NCBI RefSeq assembly: GCF_964355755.1
Contig: NC_092673.1
Location: forward strand, 31,307,648 to 31,371,647
Length of the DNA stretch: 64,000 nucleotides
Direction of reading: 5' to 3'
DNA from: Antedon mediterranea
Lineage: Eukaryota; Animalia; Echinodermata
The notes under the pieces are model-generated. The model was not told where the DNA came from, did not search any database, and was given only the letters and a program-made list of their open reading frames with translations. The position numbers and the translations under genes are program-made. This document shows positions 62,301 through 64,000 of the stretch, piece by piece; position 1 is the stretch's first letter; every line of letters starts with the position of its first letter.

Positions 62301-63916
62301 GTTAAAACATTGTCCCTGGTTTGATTCTCAGGAAAGTGACCCCTTTTTATTGGGATTTTCCCTAAATAGGGGTGTCCCAAAGGAAGGGTTAGTTACTGTA
62401 TTAATAATATCTTTTTTTATACATTGTTAAGAAATTGATGTTTATCTCCTACAAATAAAATGTGTTTTTAAAACTTGTTCCATGTTTTTATAGTTGACAC
62501 AGGAAGTGATTAGGTTAGGGGTCAGCATGTTAGCTCCATTCGGATGACCAGACAAAATATGAACCTTTCAAACATGAAAATGAATCATATTTTACTATAC
62601 TGTATTATCTATACTGTACTGTAGATACTGATATACTTTACCAACCATACACAAATTATAGCAGAGATATTGTAGTAAGTATAAAATTGATGTCAAATCA
62701 TCAACATCAACTGTGTGGCATTGTATTTTACTACAGAACCTAAAGTACGAGGTCCATCAAAAAAACATTGCATATATGCATTTAGTGCAGGATCATTGGT
62801 TTTATGGTATTGACAGACAATAAAAAGTGTAATTACAGTATGCATGTGTGTTGTTTACCTGTTCAATGCAGTGTACAGTAATTATCATAAAATACAACTT
62901 ATTTTGTACAAGAATTACATTACGTAAAGTAAGATTAAGCATGGAGTAAAGAATAAGAGGAGACACAACTCGGCCTAGCTATCCAGTTAATCCAATTAGT
63001 ATCACGCTGTGCGGTAGTGCTTAAGCATAGGATAATAAACTTCCCATAACGATCCTTTGTGATTGACACATACAAAGCACACTAAACTATCGCCCATGGT
63101 AAATATAATACAGATATTGCCTGCTTAGAGGTTAAATATAAGATTTGACATCCCCGGGGGAATGATATTTTGTTTGAGGAAATATATTACCTCGAACAAA
63201 ATATCATTCCCAAGGGGTTGTAAAATTTTATATTTTACCGATATAAAAGACAATATCTGTTTTATAGCCAACAACAAGTTGAATATCCACTATCACGTTC
63301 ACGTATTTACATAGGCTATGTAATATAATAATATATAAAACAAATACTGTACTTTGTACATTCTCATAATTGTACTGTACTTGCTGAAATCATACTGCAT
63401 TGTACATCCTCAAGAAGTAAAAACTTCAATCCTCAATGTCAACATGATGTTTGTATTGTTTAGTAAAAACCAACGAATCAAGAATTTTACAAGCAAATTT
63501 TTCTTTTATCTTTCCAAAAAATGTTAACACACCTGCTTGCTTAATTTCTTTCCAGCATCATATTGTAAAAACAATAAATCTACTGTATGACTTAATTAAG
63601 AACGAGCAAAAACAAAAAAAAAGCTTTTTTAATTTAATTAGCAGTATAGTTTTCACATTGTGTTGATTATGTGAACATAAAGAAACCGTTATTCAAAGAT
63701 GTGAGAAAATAGTAAATCATGCCAGATAAAGAAACTAATGAAATCAACTAGGACAAGATGTGACGTTTTATATTATTGGAAATTCAGAATACATACTGGT
63801 TGTTTGTAAACATTAAACAAATTAATTTAGTTTAATTTCAAATCATAATTCATCCTTTTACTTGGTCAAAGGTGTTATGAAATATTCTACCATAAGCAGA
63901 GCTTTTTAACTTTGAT
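44386..63916 (-). CDS. SLC44A: Choline transporter-like protein (SLC44A2/4/5-type), copy B; start codon not in the window
   Basis: Exons 63891-63916 (tentative, SKLKSSAYG), 59821-59869, 58720-58793, 58014-58095, 56697-56781, 53749-53904, 53365-53440, 52997-53171, 52306-52389, 52065-52177, 51796-51930, 49840-49939, 49172-49264, 48585-48696, 47668-47945, 47361-47455, 46905-47008, 46590-46663, 45592-45757, 45187-45271, 44386-44498. Same phases as copy A and the same lengths for 17 of 20 shared exons; ends [36 protein letters not shown]. Confidence 0.92.
44791..45100 (+). mobile_element. tRNA-derived SINE, same family as 29838-30149
   Basis: Colinear diverged match including GGTTCTGGTGGTAGAACGAGTCTTCTCGG and GAGACGAGTAGGGG. 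Confidence 0.8.
46215..46560. repeat. 12-bp tandem repeat (TGAGTATGCTAA)n
   Basis: Two blocks of degenerate units separated by a short local duplication. Confidence 0.85.
48043..48300 (+). mobile_element. Diverged tRNA-derived SINE (second family)
   Basis: A-box-like TGGCTTGGTGG, a tRNA-like head with a degenerate B box, and an (AAT)n tail. Confidence 0.5.
48697..49171 (-). other. U12-type GT-AG intron, SLC44 copy B
   Basis: 5' splice site GTATCCTTA and branch-like CACCTTAAT near the 3' AG; same position and phase as in copy A. Confidence 0.85.
50452..50617. mobile_element. PIF/Harbinger-like MITE (AGCTCTGTCTACAC family)
   Basis: GCTCTGTCTACACTATTAAACTAG...AGTGTAGACAGAGCT, with an internal duplication. 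Confidence 0.75.
51455..51765. repeat. Degenerate ACCAGT/ACCACTGT-rich repeat
   Basis: Same intron and motif vocabulary as the copy A minisatellite. Confidence 0.6.
52426..52765. repeat. 28-bp minisatellite (TTATGCTTCGCTGCATTCACAACACTAG), about 12 copies
   Basis: Direct head-to-tail units with no spacers. Confidence 0.9.
52766..52943. mobile_element. Harbinger-like MITE
   Basis: TTA|AGCGTGGTTCCCACTAG...CTAGTGGACACCAAGCT|TTA with palindromic GCAACGCAAG arms. Confidence 0.75.
54160..54213. mobile_element. 54-bp mini-MITE with CAGGGAAGAG TIRs
   Basis: Interrupts the Academ reading frame at TTSY|LSGH; a second copy lies at 59345-59402. Confidence 0.65.
55130..55655. repeat. Tandem repeat of about 70-75 bp within the Academ 3' region
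   Basis: Repeated CAAATGTAGCTTACGTGTTC...AATCATAATCCATCATATTGATGGCAGGTAA units. Confidence 0.85.
56816..57666. mobile_element. Tc1/mariner (pogo-like) non-autonomous element
   Basis: TA|CCGTATATTTTGGTGTATACGTCGCAC...GTGCGACTTATACACCGAAATATACGG|TA with internal GTGTATAAGACGCACC repeats. Confidence 0.85.
58828..59207. mobile_element. Long palindromic non-autonomous element (possibly Crypton-type)
   Basis: Near-perfect nested inverted arms centred on CGAGGCAAAGCCGAG; no clear TSD. The superfamily is inference. Confidence 0.65.
59345..59402. mobile_element. 58-bp mini-MITE with CAGGGAAGAGTG TIRs
   Basis: Flanked on both sides by a 7-bp direct repeat ATTAAAC. Confidence 0.7.
61553..61703. mobile_element. 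PIF/Harbinger-like MITE, diverged (another partial copy at 60769-60880)
   Basis: AGCTCTGTCTACA...TTTATGTGACAAC..TGTGATGTGC family sequence. Confidence 0.6.
63112..63259. repeat. Palindromic MITE-like repeat
   Basis: AGATATTG...CAATATCT arms around GGGAATGATATTTTGTT/AACAAAATATCATTCCC; a related half-copy lies at about 1014-1140. Confidence 0.55.
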
Positions 63917-64000
63917 CTAAAAACTATGTTCTTTCCTATATCGGAGTTAAATTGCCGTTAATCGGATTGACATTGTGGCTTAGCCTATCCTGCATTCTAA

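Overview
AT-rich, intron-rich animal genomic DNA, not prokaryotic. The repeat families and exon structure suggest a marine invertebrate deuterostome such as an echinoderm; that assignment is inference only. The right half holds two tandem minus-strand choline transporter-like (SLC44A2/4/5-type) genes, reconstructed by hand from splice sites with consistent phases. Copy A (28005-38719) has 21 coding exons and 768 aa; copy B (44386-63916) runs off the window at its 5' end. Both keep a U12-type intron and show mosaic similarity to each other. The left half holds two small plus-strand spliced genes missing from the ORF track (about 2413-4374 and 18421-21799). They share exon phases and a ubiquitin-like hydrophobic pattern, and a decayed third copy may lie near 27.1 kb. 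The rest is dense in transposons: a SINE>Gypsy>LINE nest, Helitron/Helentron derivatives, MULE, Harbinger, Tc1/mariner and Kolobok-like MITEs, and an internally inverted Academ remnant. A (TA)n hotspot at 40.6-41.4 kb carries a tRNA-like cloverleaf with anticodon ATC and a minimal hammerhead ribozyme motif. All calls were made by eye; no searches or folding programs were run.
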